A model generated the notes under the pieces. It searched no databases and was not told the DNA's origin. It saw only the letters and a list, made by a program, of their open reading frames with translations. The translations under genes were made by a program, and so were the position numbers. From NCBI GenBank assembly GCA_002269645.1, contig NIVC01000765.1, positions 62,001-126,000 on the forward strand: a DNA stretch of 64,000 bases, given 5' to 3'. The stretch comes from Macrostomum lignano. Lineage: Eukaryota. Positions 38,011-50,595 of this stretch are shown piece by piece (within the stretch, counting starts at the first letter, position 1; each line of letters opens with the position of its first letter).

Positions 38011-38717
38011 GCGCTCCTGTCTCATGTTTGGCAGCAACTTTTCCCTCCGTTCTGTGTTTTGTTTTTAATTTCTAAAAGAATATTCTTCAAATTAAAAGCC
38101 GTCTCTAAAATGGATCTTTCGCATTTTTTAATGCGCAGCAGCAGAAAAAATTGCAACGCAAATCGAAATTTGACCCAGGAAAGAATTGTGTCCGTTTTGA
38201 ATGCGGTTTGTGTTTTCTGTCTGTCTGCCTGCTTACCTTTGCCTAGCGGGAGAGGCCGGGACAATCAAGTCGACTTGTGTGTGTGGGGGGGGGGGTCCCC
38301 ACGCGACCGCCTGCCTTCGACTTCCAAGTGGTTGACAACCGAACTTCCTAGTTCCACGGCTCGAATAGTTTTGTCCCCCGGTTTCCAAGCGGGGGGTGTT
38401 TCTGCACGAGTCCCTGTGCTGGTTTATTCGCAATCGAATAGCTCGAAGTTTCGAGGTAGGAAACTGGAAGAGTTTTCTGTCATCTCTGTCACCGAACGAA
38501 TGCCAGTGCGGCCACACGGCTTTTATTTTTCTCGTACGCATTTTTCCCTAAAGCATTCGTGGGCGTAAAATTCGTTCTGATTTTTATGAAGCTCCCCGAC
38601 CTCTGATGGGGTCTGGCATGCAGCTCCATCCAAAGCAGGTGAAGGGGCAAGGGGGTCGTTGCCCCCTCCCCAGAGTGTCCCTGCTGCCGGTGCCCTGTCA
38701 AAGGAAATGGCGTATCC

Positions 38718-39332
<615 letters not shown>

Positions 39333-40169
39333 AAGTGATTGTCGATTTCGAGTTTTTTAGCTATTACAAGACACTACTTTTCAGTTGAGCATCTGTTGCG
39401 AGTTTTTTGCTAAAATTTGCGCCAAACAAAAAACTTCACAGCCAAGCCGGTCGTGTCTGAGCCTGCAAATTCGTTGGTTTGTTGCAAATCCTGATTAAAT
39501 GCTCAAATGAATTTAAGAGCGTATGAGCAGAGCTGCATGTGCATGAGTAGGCTTAACCATTTGGAAGTAACCATTCGGCCATACCAAAACGGCCCAAAAA
39601 CCCAGAGATTGAAAAATGTCAATGGCATCAAAAAGCATCTCCCGATCACTACAGCAAGTGCCCAGTATGGCCTGATGTGCAGGTCATGACTGATTTAAGG
39701 AAGTCCATTGCGCATTTCCATTACGTTTTCACTCAAATGTTAAAGGTGAAATAAAGGTGTGGGAATTCAACGTGTCTCATGCCAGATCCTGAAGCATGAC
39801 GCATGGCTGCAGCAGAATACTGTCTTCTTAGCTGGAACGTCAGGTTTCAAAGAGAAACTTTTCATCTCGGCCTGCAGACAGTCCAGCAGGCAATTTCGTG
39901 GGTAGGAAGGTTTGAACAGGAGCTAGCAGAAAAACTTTGTGGTATACTTTACTTCTGGGCTTTTAGGCTGAGCACACGATTCAGCAAAAAAGACAAATTT
40001 GTCTTTGGGTTGCTTTGCAGGCCTTTGGGTTTTTAAGCGATCTGACGGAATCAAGCTTGGGCGCGAATAGTTTTTCATCATTCAGTTTTTCATATTTTGA
40101 CTAATCTAATTTTTACACCATTTGGCGTAACTCCAGTCTTCTTTAAGATACATCCCAATGAGATAGTCA

Positions 40170-40620
40170 CTGTGACAGACACTGTGACAGACACTGTGAC
40201 AGACACTGTGACAGACACTGAGGCAGACACTGAGGCAGACACTGAGACAGACACTGAGGCAGACACTGAGACAGACACTGAGGCAGACACTGAGACAGAC
40301 ACTGAGGCAGACACTGAGACAGACACTGAGGCAGACACTGAGACAGACACTGAGGCAGACACTGAGACAGACACTGAGGCAGACACTGAGACAGACACTG
40401 AGACAGACACTGTGACAGACACTGTGACAGACACTGAGGCAGACACTGAGACAGACACTGAGACAGACACTGAGGCAGACACTGAGACAGACACTGAGGC
40501 AGACACTGAGACAGACACTGAGGCAGACACTGTGACAGACACTGAGGCAGACACTAGGACAGACACTATGACAGACACTGAGGCAGACACTGAGATACAC
40601 ACTGAGGCAGACACTATGGC
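40170..40620. repeat. 12-bp tandem repeat CAGACACTGAG(A/G)
   Basis: Direct reading. Confidence 0.95.
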
Positions 40621-40993
40621 AGGTAAGCCATTGGCCCTATTTTAGTGTCTGCCTGTCCGCATCTTAACATTTTCACACTGAGAGCTGAATGCATGTGCAA
40701 ATAAATTCTTTATCAGTGAGCCAAGCAGCAGTGCTGTGAAGAATTCGTGCATTTTATGGAAGCAGATAAAATTTGCATGTATCTATACATCAGCAGAGTT
40801 GCTTCTGAAGCCAGGGGACTCTTCAAGGCTCCAAGTGACTCTTCAATGAGACTGCCGGGGTTCTGCTGTGGTGAGCAGCAGAGCTGCAAATAATTGTTCA
40901 AAATTGTAGTTGGCACTCAAATCAGCAATAAATTCCTAATGTGTCTACTGGACTTTCAATACTAATAATAATATAATATTGGTTATACCTGCC

Positions 40994-41224
40994 ACCGACA
41001 GCTCAGCCGCAGCTATTGCGCGGCGCATCTGAAGGCTGCGTACGGCTGTCCAGTCCAAGGACTGGGGGGTCGCCACACACAGCCTCAATCACCCCAGCTA
41101 ATGCTGGCACCCATTTTACAGCTGAGTGAACTGAAGCAATGCAGAGTTAAGTGTCTTGCTCAAGGACACAAATTGTTCCAGTGGGATCGAGAATCGAACC
41201 CCTAACCACTAGGCTACAACCCAC
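40994..41224 (-). mobile_element. tRNA-derived CORE-like SINE, copy 2 (anticodon arm deleted)
   Basis: Near-identical to 30354-30660; minus strand reads TGTGTCCTTGAGCAAGACACTTAACTCTGC..CTGTAAAATGGG. Confidence 0.75.
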
Positions 41225-41704
41225 ACTTACGGTGGACTGACTTTCCTGCATTTCCAATCGTCAGACATGTACTGTCTCTGTGCCTTGGAGGTTGGCCCTC
41301 AAGGCGTCATGGTTTTAAACATAGGCAGCTGAAGTGGAAGGAAGCTAAACTCGACTTTCTTAGAAATGAGCTGAAGCCCTGCGGGGAACGTATGTTTTCA
41401 ATGGCCGGCTTTGCCTTAAACGAAGTTGGTATAAAATAATCCTCTCTAATTCGTACGCTCAATTTTACTAAGTGGAATCCATTAGCAATCAATTTTAAAG
41501 CTAAAAATTCAAAAAATTTAAATCCCCTCTGAGTCCTCTCCCCTCATCCGCTTGAGCCGCTCATTGTTGCTAGGCAATGAGCCAGGTAAATAGAATTTCA
41601 CTCCCCAGTGTTTTAAGGCATCGCAGCGGATTGCAGAGCCTCCCAGAACATCATCACACGAAGTAAAAGCTGCGGACTCAAAGCCAACTGCTACCAACGG
41701 CACA

Positions 41705-42769
41705 ATGCTCTCTCTGCTCATCATCTGGATTGTCATGGCAGCGGCTGCCACGGCTGAGAAGTCCTGCTGGAGTCTCCAGCGAGGCGACCTCGCCGAGTAC
41801 CGGGTGCTGGCGGTGAAGCTGGCGGTCAACGACATTCACTGCGTGACTTCTGCTGAGAACGCGGAAGCCGTCCGCTTCGACGCGGCCTTGGGCTCCTGCT
41901 CGCTGCTGGCGTGCGATCGGGGAGCGATGGACGCCTGCAGGAAGTGCCGGCACGCCAGCGACTCCAGCCTGCCTCAGCTGTGGGTGAGTGAGCTGGGCTT
42001 TGCTTTGCGGCTTCTGCACTTTGCAGAAAGCAGAGCATCAATATGCGTGCACGAAATGCAGCACCGCATCAATATGCGTGCACGAAATGCAGCACCGCAT
42101 CAATATGCGTGCACGAAATGCAGCACCGCATCAATATGCGTGCACGAAATGCAGCACCGCATCAATATGCGTGCACAAAATGCAGCACCGCATCGCCCAT
42201 TGCAGATGAGGAAGCCGGTGAAGTGCTGGACGACCTTCCAGCACAGAGTCGACGGCTCCATCAGCTTCAACCGGAACTGGGCGGACTACGCGAGCGGATT
42301 CGGTCAGGGCGAGAGTCTCAACTACTGGATGGGACTGGAGCAGCTCCACCAGCTCACCGCCACTGGAGTGTGGAGAGTCCGCTGGGAGTTCAGCGACTGG
42401 AACGGCACCTGGTACTGGGCTGAGAATGCTCCGTTCTCTGTTGGTCCAGCGAGCGACAAGTACAGGTGCTCGATGGGACCTCTGGACGCGAGCAGGTCGA
42501 GTGTCGGACAGCGGACTGAAGCGAACTTCTCGCCGAACAACTGGCAGTTCAGCACTCCGGACTCCGACAACGACAACTGGAGCGGTGGCAGCTGCGCACA
42601 GGAAAGGCAGGCTGGGTGGTGGTACGGCTGGTGTGCATTCATTGACCCGAACGCAGTCTACAAAGAGTACCCCAACACACAGGGGCTTTACTATTACCTT
42701 AAAGGCTCGGCTAGCAATCTGATCATTCTTTACTCGATGAAGACTTTTGAGTGTCTGATTTTTAATTGA
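41705..42769 (+). CDS. Secreted fibrinogen-related domain (FReD) protein, copy A; probable exons 41705-41983 and 42206-42769
   Basis: Signal-like MLSLLIIWIVMAAAATA, Cys-rich N-domain, WTTFQHRVDGSISFNRNWADYASGFG, YWMGLEQLHQLT, FSTPDSDND, GWWYGWC; GTGAGT donor at 41984, TTGCAG acceptor ending 42205. Confidence 0.9.
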   Translation: MLSLLIIWIVMAAAATAEKSCWSLQRGDLAEYRVLAVKLAVNDIHCVTSAENAEAVRFDAALGSCSLLACDRGAMDACRKCRHASDSSLPQLWVSELGFALRLLHFAESRASICVHEMQHRINMRARNAAPHQYACTKCSTASICVHEMQHRINMRAQNAAPHRPLQMRKPVKCWTTFQHRVDGSISFNRNWADYASGFGQGESLNYWMGLEQLHQLTATGVWRVRWEFSDWNGTWYWAENAPFSVGPASDKYRCSMGPLDASRSSVGQRTEANFSPNNWQFSTPDSDNDNWSGGSCAQERQAGWWYGWCAFIDPNAVYKEYPNTQGLYYYLKGSASNLIILYSMKTFECLIFN

Positions 42770-43100
42770 GTTGCTTAGAATTACATTTCAAGGTTTGTAA
42801 TATTGCGTCATTTTTTACCAGCCATACGAACTTTTAGCGTCACACTCTAAGTTTTTAGCAGTGTGCACAGCATGAAAATTGGCTGTTTTTCCCTTATAGT
42901 CATCGTGCAGTTTCTCTGAAACAACAGAGAACGCTCTATTGTGTAACGTGTAATTACCTAAGCTTTTTTCGTAGAGCCGTTCCAATGCGGAGAATTTTAA
43001 CCCAATGCAGTACTTTTTGTGCTATCGTAAGTAATACAGAAAAATACCCTTCCCCGATTCTTAAAATCACATTTATTCGCAAGCAGCAATCAAATGCTAC

Positions 43101-45610
43101 TTTGACTTACTTGACTTAGCTGCAGGGGGGCTCCGTGCATCCGGATGCAGCGAGGAGGCGTTGCTGCCCATTTCGCTAACCCCTGGTGACCACGGGCAGC
43201 TGTTGCTGCGGTGGCGCGCAGGGAGATCCGGTGGTGACGGTTTCCGCAGCGCGGTCCCCCTTTGGGGAGTCCAGGAGTTGTAATGTCGCTCGCCCGGTAG
43301 TTCTTGGTAGCGGACGAGCTGGTAGAGATGATTCTCGGGCCTGAAAATGTGGGAGAGGTCCGGGTTTGGGCCGAGGTAGGTGAGCCTTTCCTGAGTAAAG
43401 GCGGGGCATTCACAGATGAAATGCTCCGTATTCTAGACAGCGGAGAGGCAGAATGGACATTCCTCGCTGAGGATTTTTCCCTGGAGGTGACGATGCCTGG
43501 CAAAACAGCCATGACTCGAGAGGCCATGGTCACCGCCCTGATGTCCTTGCGGTTGAGTCCAAGCAGGGCCTTGCGCAGGGCGGAGGAAGGACAGGGGACA
43601 GCCCATCTCTCCTTGTGCTTTGAGGCCTGCATCCACTGGTTGATCCGATTGGTGACAACGGCGCTGGGGGGGGGACCACGGGCAGGGGACCACTAAAAGA
43701 ACCGGTCGAGCCAGCCTTGGCCAGGCGATCGGCCAATTCGTTGCCGGGGTGGCCCGGGGATCCACCTTAGGGATCACCTTGTTGTAGTGTACTTCAGTGC
43801 GATGCACAATATTAGTCACGCGTTGCAATGTATTACGTAAGACGCATGCGCACGCAAGAACTTCGATCTGGAAGACGGTGGAGCAGGTGTCGGTGCGCTG
43901 GGAGAAGGTCGCCACGGTTCTCCCTCCAGACACGATGCAGTAGCCGTAGCCAGAGGCGGAGTTGATTCGGGATCCGTCAGTGAAGCAGTGGATTTCACAG
44001 TTGTCCCTCGCTTCATGACGTGGTGGAATGCTGGTTTTGAATTTGAGCGGAGGGCAGAGCGTGGATGGGATTCCGTCCGAGAGGGTCAGCAGGCCTCCCG
44101 CTGCTTCCAGCTCTCGCAGGCTGAGGTCGCCGTGCGGGCGGAGGCTCCGCTTTCTGAAAGCGAACTGCTTCTTGATTAGGACACCCGCGTCAAGCAGACG
44201 GCGGGTGGTCTTCATTGCCTCGCCTCTGACAAAGGGGTCAAGGGGGGCTGTCTAGGGAGTTCATGCCAGCAAAGGGCGTAGAGGGAGTCGCGCTCATGAT
44301 AGCTCGACAAGCGCATCGTGCACCCTGTTAAGAGCCTCAAGAAACCCTTTCACCTCTAGGGCACTGTTCCAGATGAAGCCGGCGAATGAGATGGCTAACA
44401 ATGGCTAACAATGGCAGTGTAAATCCACCAGAGGCGGCGGGGGTGAGCCCCCAGGTAGCGCCGAAAGCTCTGCAGATCTGCGCGAGAGTCGCGAGAGCTT
44501 TGCGGGCTTTGGTTTGGGTGTATGGAGTCCAGCTCAACCTGTGGTCGAGGGTGACGCCAAGACATCTGGTTTGTTTCTCCATGGCAACGGGTTTGGAATT
44601 GAGGGAAGCGGTTCGATCCTCCAGTTTCGGCGGCTGGTGAACATGATAGCCACGGAAGAGGCAACCGCACCAGGAGCTTCGGCGGCACCTGACGCTTCCG
44701 AAGTTCTGACCGGCGCGCGGGGTCCGCTCCCTTGTCGGATGTCGGCTCCTCCGCGGGATTCGCAGAGTTACCGGCACCCTCCTCAGAGGCAGCAGAAGAG
44801 GCGGCTTTCGCACTCCTCCGTTCCTCCGCTTTGCGCTGGAGAAAGGCTTTGTAGCGAGCAATGCTACGGGCCTTCTTTTTAGAGGTCTGAGGTCCGCTGT
44901 CCTGTTGTTTAGCCACTTCGGCAGTGTCCTGAGTGGCGGCAGGGGCTGACTGGGAGTCATCGGAGGTTCCGGTGTTTCGAATGTCCTGCTGGGCCGCGGT
45001 ACCAACCTCGGTTGGCGCTCCAGCAGCTTTGAATACTCCATGAGTCGCTGAAAGGCGGATGGGGACTAGAGGTGAGAAGCTGCTGGGCCGTAACCCCAAA
45101 CCCAACAGCCAGCCAAAAGATAGCGACCGGGGAGTGGCTTAAGCCCTTACCGGCCCGACCGCTAGCAACCGAGAAACTCCCCGGCTAAGAGCCCGGCTTG
45201 GAAAAACCAGAGGCCGAATCAAAGGACCATCAGCGCGGTACTACACTGGGCCCTTGAGGGAAGCAGGAGGACTGCCTCCGGAGCCTGCGGACTGGCCGCA
45301 TACCCTGTTAAGGTCAGAGGGTGGTACCTGTTCCTCAGAGCCGTGGCCAGAGGTACCTGAGACGCACAGGTGCACTAAGGAGCGGAGCCCGTACCCAAAG
45401 CGGCCAAGCCAAGGCCACGGATGGGCTGCCGCCGCCGGAGCTCAGTCAATCCAGCAGCCCTAGAACTGCCTTGAACACATGCGGGAGGTCAACCCCTGGG
45501 TCGGCTTGTGAGTCAGCTTGGAGAGAGTTCTCCTGCCATTCCTGCACCAGAATAGAGGGGGTGCAGGTGTATAGGATCGCAGACCTTAGCTCGTAGGCCT
45601 GGTCTGACTC
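43101..45610 (-). mobile_element. Degenerate, internally deleted LINE of the same family as 17498-19701
   Basis: Shared 3' tail CTGCAGCTAAGTCAAGTAAGTCAA; CLGVTLDHRLSW, FTDGS, WIPGH and CPFC motifs with frameshifts; candidate TSD ATGCTAC at 43094-43100 and 45611-45617. Confidence 0.85.
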
Positions 45611-46560
45611 ATGCTACACCAGGCATTTGCAAGACCGTTTCGTTCTAGCACTTACCTGCCTTACAGAATTATTATACGGCACAAATGGTCGGCCAGAACA
45701 AGAATTAGATAGGCATCTAAACAAAAAAGAACCGATTTCAATGTTTTTATGTTTTATTTTACAATAAAGAAAGACAAGAAGTTAACGTTAGTCCAAGTCC
45801 AAGGACAACGTAATTCCTTAGGAACGGTGAACTCTAGAATCATGGTGAAAAAAGTATGAGGCTCGTTTAAAGGCATTGTTCAACTGCCAAGCCTTAAAAA
45901 CCAGGAAAAGCCGAATAGCCACTTGGAAAGATGTCGTAACTTGCCCCTTGAAACCATTTCTGTAGATTCACTGACTGGTGTTCTTGGTTCTGTAACGATG
46001 TCAACACCGGCTACTTCCTTCTTGAAAGTGATGTATCCTATAAAAGCACCAGAATCTTTTGTTGAGCGTTATAATTATGCATTACTGATTGGAATGAATA
46101 TATCCAAAGCATGCCTTACCTGCAATATATAATAAATAGAAGCCTTTTCGGTCATGGATACATGTAGGTGCTTGATAGATTGCGGAATAGCATTCATTAA
46201 ATGTTGAAAGCTCTTCTAGGCATCTGTGTATCGCAGTAAACCTTAGTGTGACGTCCACTCATTTGGCGGTAAACACTGAACTCAGCTTCGAGCGGATCAC
46301 TCTCTGAAGTTCAGCGATTAGAATGCACGCGCTGCTCCGGACCCAGCTAGCCGCCGTTCACACAGTTCCACAATGGCTCGAAGGGTATCACGTAAATTCG
46401 AAATGAGAGTCAAAACTTGCCGTCAAAATATTCGGACAACGAAACTCGCCATGCCTCGCGCTCTTTCAGATCATTCGGAATGAATAAACCGTCGTCTTCT
46501 CATGACTGCTATTGTAGTTTGAGCAGAAATTAAATAGGCTTTCTAGACATTGAATATTCC

Positions 46561-47315
46561 TTTTTGCGGCCTAGTTGGTACTGCAAGCTTTCAATTTAAT
46601 CGGAAATCAGACGGAAATCAGACTTGCGAGACTGACAATGTTCTGTCTATGGTCGACACGCGCTGGCATAGCGGAGTTCAATTTAATCCTAGGGCATCAA
46701 TTTGATAATTCTATGCATTCAATGCACATTTTTACTGTCATCGTAACTTACTTTTAACTAGCTTGTTTTAATGAGTAATCCGGATGAGATGCTTGAATAG
46801 GGTGGCAGTGAGTGGAGTTTTGAAACTGCAAATAACGACATCGACCAGGCAAATTACGACATCGACTAGCCAGCCACCCCAAGTACACCGCGGTCAGTAA
46901 AACAAGATTAGCGATGAGAAGTACGGTCTGATTGCAACCGCTTAAGAGTGCGGCGATAGTCCGATGAAGTTTATTCGAGCGAAGTTTATGTTGAGGTTTA
47001 TTCCAGCCTGCATCGCCGGACAGTCAGTCATCTAAACAATTTTTCGACTCGACGACATCCAGTGCTGAAGTGTTCATTTGTTTATTGTGTAGTTCTGTTT
47101 CCAGTTTTTCACAACGATAAGTAAACGACTTGTGTTCTAGCACAGGATATCTAAAGTTATATGATTAGAATGATCAAATTGATGCCCCAGGATTAAATTG
47201 AACTCCGCTATGCCAGCGCGTGTCGACCATAGACAGAACATTGTCAGTCTCGCAAGTCTGATTTCCGTATCTATGATTAAATTGAAAGCTTGCAGTACCA
47301 ACTAGGCCGCAAAAA
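46561..47315. mobile_element. MITE/foldback element with ~145-bp terminal inverted repeats
   Basis: 46561-46706 is the reverse complement of 47173-47315 apart from a small indel; no TSD recognised. Confidence 0.75.
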
Positions 47316-47445
47316 TATTTTCTGTCAAGGCCTCTTTATCCGCTTCTCCAGCACTCACGTGCTACATTCGCGTGTAGCCGTATCTGCAGTTAGGCTTGGC
47401 CATAGACCAATGCTTTCAAACGAGCCCCATACTCTTTTCACCACC

Positions 47446-48632
47446 CAAGGACAACTTGATAACTCAGGACCGGAAACGAGCCAATTCATGGCGAAAAAAG
47501 TATGAGGCTCGTTTAAAAGCATTGTTCTATGGCCCATCCGTATGCGCATGCTTTCAGTTGCCAATGTATACTCGTATCATATTTGACTTTTTGATAGGCA
47601 GTCAGAAAGCGGGTGCACGGTCGGTTTTCTTAAATGTTGAATAGTTTTATTACATAAAGTAAACGTCGTGAAAATACACAATGGGAAAGCTGTACATGCA
47701 GCACATGTATAAGGAAACTCGAGAAAAATTTACGATTCTTTCTTCATCTGAACTACAAATAGAGAGGAAAATAACAATCTCAGAACGGGACAAGAGCTGA
47801 CTATGATAAATAGTGAACATCTGCTTCAGGGAAGTAAAACTCGCCAACGGCAGCAAACAATTTCCGCACTCGCAAAGCACATGACGGTGATCGCAGCGAA
47901 ATGAAGCATCCGAAACAGAGGCAAGCAAAGCCTCAGCAATCGTTATTTCCATCCAAGTTCAATATCCAATACCTGCACTGCAATATCCAAGCACGCATCT
48001 GAGTGTTTCGTTTCGACCCTATTTGATGGAGTGCAAATACGCTCGAATATTTGAATTAAAGCAGTAGAACTTCACAAACCTTGTGTTTGAACGAGGCAGG
48101 ACTGCGGGACTCCGTCGAAAACTGATGGTGGATGTAGCGGCCTTTCATTTCTTCCCTTTTTTATCATTGGTGCATCTTGAGGCCAGTGCTTAGCACACAC
48201 GCCCATGTAGTCTGTCACGGTCTAAACAACAACAAAATTGTTAATGAATTCATGTGGCCAGGCTAAATCTGATTCACAAAGCACATTTGAAGAAAGTCTT
48301 ACCGTCAGTTGATTAGGCAGAGACAGTCGCCAAGCCTCTCGTTCAGTTGCATCCTTAGGAAACAAAAATACTGCAACATTCCGATCACGGTTACGATTGT
48401 AGTTTGCACAACCATAGACAACGCTGCATTTTCTCGGCATGATATTTAGTTTCAGCGAGAATAAAAGTTCTCTCTCTCAATTGCAAGTGCATGCGAAGAA
48501 CTCAATTTTAGCTCAGCTTTCTTCGCTTTCGTAGCTTTGGATGGGCCATAGAACAATGCTTTTAAACGAGCCTCATACTTTTTTCGCCATGAATTGGCTC
48601 GTTTCCGGTCCTGAGTTATCAAGTTGTCCTTG
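47446..48632 (-). mobile_element. Non-autonomous P-superfamily DNA transposon with THAP remnant
   Basis: Perfect 94-bp TIRs starting CAAGG (47446-47539 and 48539-48632); 8-bp TSD TCACCACC; minus ORF 48222-48440 MPRKCSVVYGC..FLFPKD..REAW is THAP-like. Confidence 0.88.
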
Positions 48633-48664
48633 TCACCACCATAATTTTCGAGTTTACCGTCCAG

Positions 48665-49315
48665 GGGGGTCTTTCTCGAAAGCGACTTACGGTGTGCCAT
48701 AGACGTAAGTTAGGGAGGAAGCACTTATGGTTTGCTCGAAAGGCTCGCAACTTGACACGAGGTACGATCAATCGCAACTTTACGAGCTCGTAACTTTACG
48801 CAAAAGACAGTTTCTCGAAAAGAGAGTAAGTCTATGGTCCTACTTAATATCGATCGTAAATCTGCGCCTGGTCGAGACCAAGCGTAAGTAGACATGAGCC
48901 CCCAACTTCATTCTCATCAGAGACTGGCGCAAGTTTAACTTTCCTAGTTTTAACCAAGGCTTTTTCTTTTTTACGAGTCACATAAAAAAGCTCTAAGAAG
49001 AATTTGACGAAGTCTTTGTCAAGTCTCAATCTTTTCCGCAAAAAATAAAACAGGTGCCCAATTCCTACTACTGTTAGGGGAAAATATAAAGCAAGAAATC
49101 CATAATACTAAAAATAGCATTTTAGATTCGATTTTTGCCTTCTCTCCCATAGACAAAATTTTATCGACCCAACTAGACTTACGAATTGCGTAAGTCACGC
49201 AAAGTCTAAGCGAGTTTTAAGAAACTGTCTTAGTATTGATCTTACGCAGAGCGTAAAGTTCTAACTTAAGATCGAACTTTCCATAGAACTTACGCAAATT
49301 TCGAGAAAGACCCCC
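48665..49315. mobile_element. MITE, PIF/Harbinger (Tourist)-like
   Basis: 17-bp TIR GGGGGTCTTTCTCGAAA, flanked on both sides by CAG; internal CTTACG/CGTAAG repeats. Confidence 0.65.
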
Positions 49316-49318
49316 CAG

Positions 49319-50595
49319 CGCTTTAAGTATCTGCAGTTTGGAGTCAAATGAGCATTGGTCAATGACTTTGAAGCGCTCTTCGGGTTTGCAGTTGGAGCAA
49401 CTATTACACTCTAAGAGATGGTTTTGGATAGCCGACGGTTTCAGCCAGTGCTCCCTGATTCTAGTGTGCAGGTGCCTTTTTGTCTTCCCCACGTAGGAGA
49501 CGCTCTGGTCATCAGAGCAGCTGAACTGATAAACGACACCAGCACGAAGAGCACAGGGAACACGTGACTCTAACTGACCGAGAAAGTTGCCAACCTTAGC
49601 AGAACGAAAGATGACGCGGATGTTGCAATTAAGCGAGTTGCGAAATAATTCGCAGATTTTATTTGTGAAGAGTTGAGAAGGATAGCCAAAGAAAGGCAGG
49701 ACAAGAGTTGGTTCGTTGAGATCGATGCGATCAGCTTTAGCGCTAGGCTGATTGACGAATTTCTTAGAGACGAATTTGTGAATGTGAGTATGGATAAACG
49801 CACGAGAATAACCATTTTGTTGAAAAAATTTGGTCAGAAAATTCACTTCTTGGGCAAAGTTGGTCCAGGTGTTGCAGACAGTGAAAGCTCTGTGGAGCAG
49901 ACATCTGATCAGACCGGATTTCCACTGCCTTGGGCACAAAGCATTAAAGTTAAGGTGAGATTGGTAAACGTGCTTTGGTGGAGAAAAACTTTGGTGGAGA
50001 GGGTTCCGCAGTTAAAATCAATGTCGAGGTCAATGAACGGCCTCTGGTCGGAAGCAACCTCAGAAGTGAACTGGATGTTAGTGTGTGTGGAGTTAAGAGC
50101 GTCGAAGAAGCGGTCAATTTTCTTCTAGAACCGTCGGCTATCCAAAACCATATCTTAGAGTGTAATAGTCGCTCCAACTGCAAACCCGAAGAGCGCTTCA
50201 AAGTCATTGACCAATGCTCATTAATTTGACTCCAAACTGCAGATGCTTGAAGCGCTGTACATTAAAGCGCATTCCTCCAACCTCAACACTGAACTCCATC
50301 ACAGTGGCGCGGGCCATGTTCTCCATGTGTTCTGAGGGAGGGGGAACTGGCTGTACATTCTGTACTGCTGGCTGCATTGCTAATAAAGCGTCCCTGGACT
50401 TTGCCTCTCGATTTATGGACTAACAAATATTAAAATATTGATTAAATTTACATCCCAAAAATTTCGTATTTATTCACTTCCGATCTCTACACGTTTCTCT
50501 CGCTCAAAATAATATGGTAAACCTGAAGATGCACACTGTAGTGCGAAATGCGTCGGTTAACTAAATGAATGTTGATTTTCGCTCTTCTCTTCATC
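49319..50595 (-). mobile_element. Penelope-like element: RT C-terminus plus GIY-YIG endonuclease (minus, 49319-50124) with inverted pseudo-LTR (plus, ~50129-50595)
   Basis: FFDALN..NIQFT.E..PFIDL, KSGLIRCLLHRA, VVYQFSC..YVGKTKRHLHTRIREH; 49317-49443 is inverted-duplicated at 50129-50260. Right boundary approximate. Confidence 0.88.
50518..50560 (+). ncRNA. Minimal hammerhead ribozyme in the Penelope pseudo-LTR
   Basis: CTGAAGA (50523-50529), stem II GCAC/GTGC, GAAA (50545-50548), very short stem III, GTC cleavage triplet (50552-50554), imperfect stem I TAAAC/GGTTA. Confidence 0.72.

Larger units (their letters stand above)
45800..48663 (-). mobile_element. Older P-superfamily-like element (outer), interrupted by nested elements
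   Basis: Left end CAAGGACAAC at 45800; right TIR-like sequence at 47397-47445 continuing at 48641-48663; THAP-like remnant LFIPNDLKEREAWRVSL on the minus strand near 46420-46490. Confidence 0.6.

Noticed and set aside
34501-38568. ORFs of 773-1187 aa on both strands
   Set aside because: Minisatellite lacking stop codons; no unique coding sequence.
39700-39830. Possible hAT TRWNS remnant on the minus strand
   Set aside because: Needs an inferred indel and has no supporting motifs or TIRs.
40090-40645. TDTEAD acidic ORF
   Set aside because: Translation of the 12-bp repeat.
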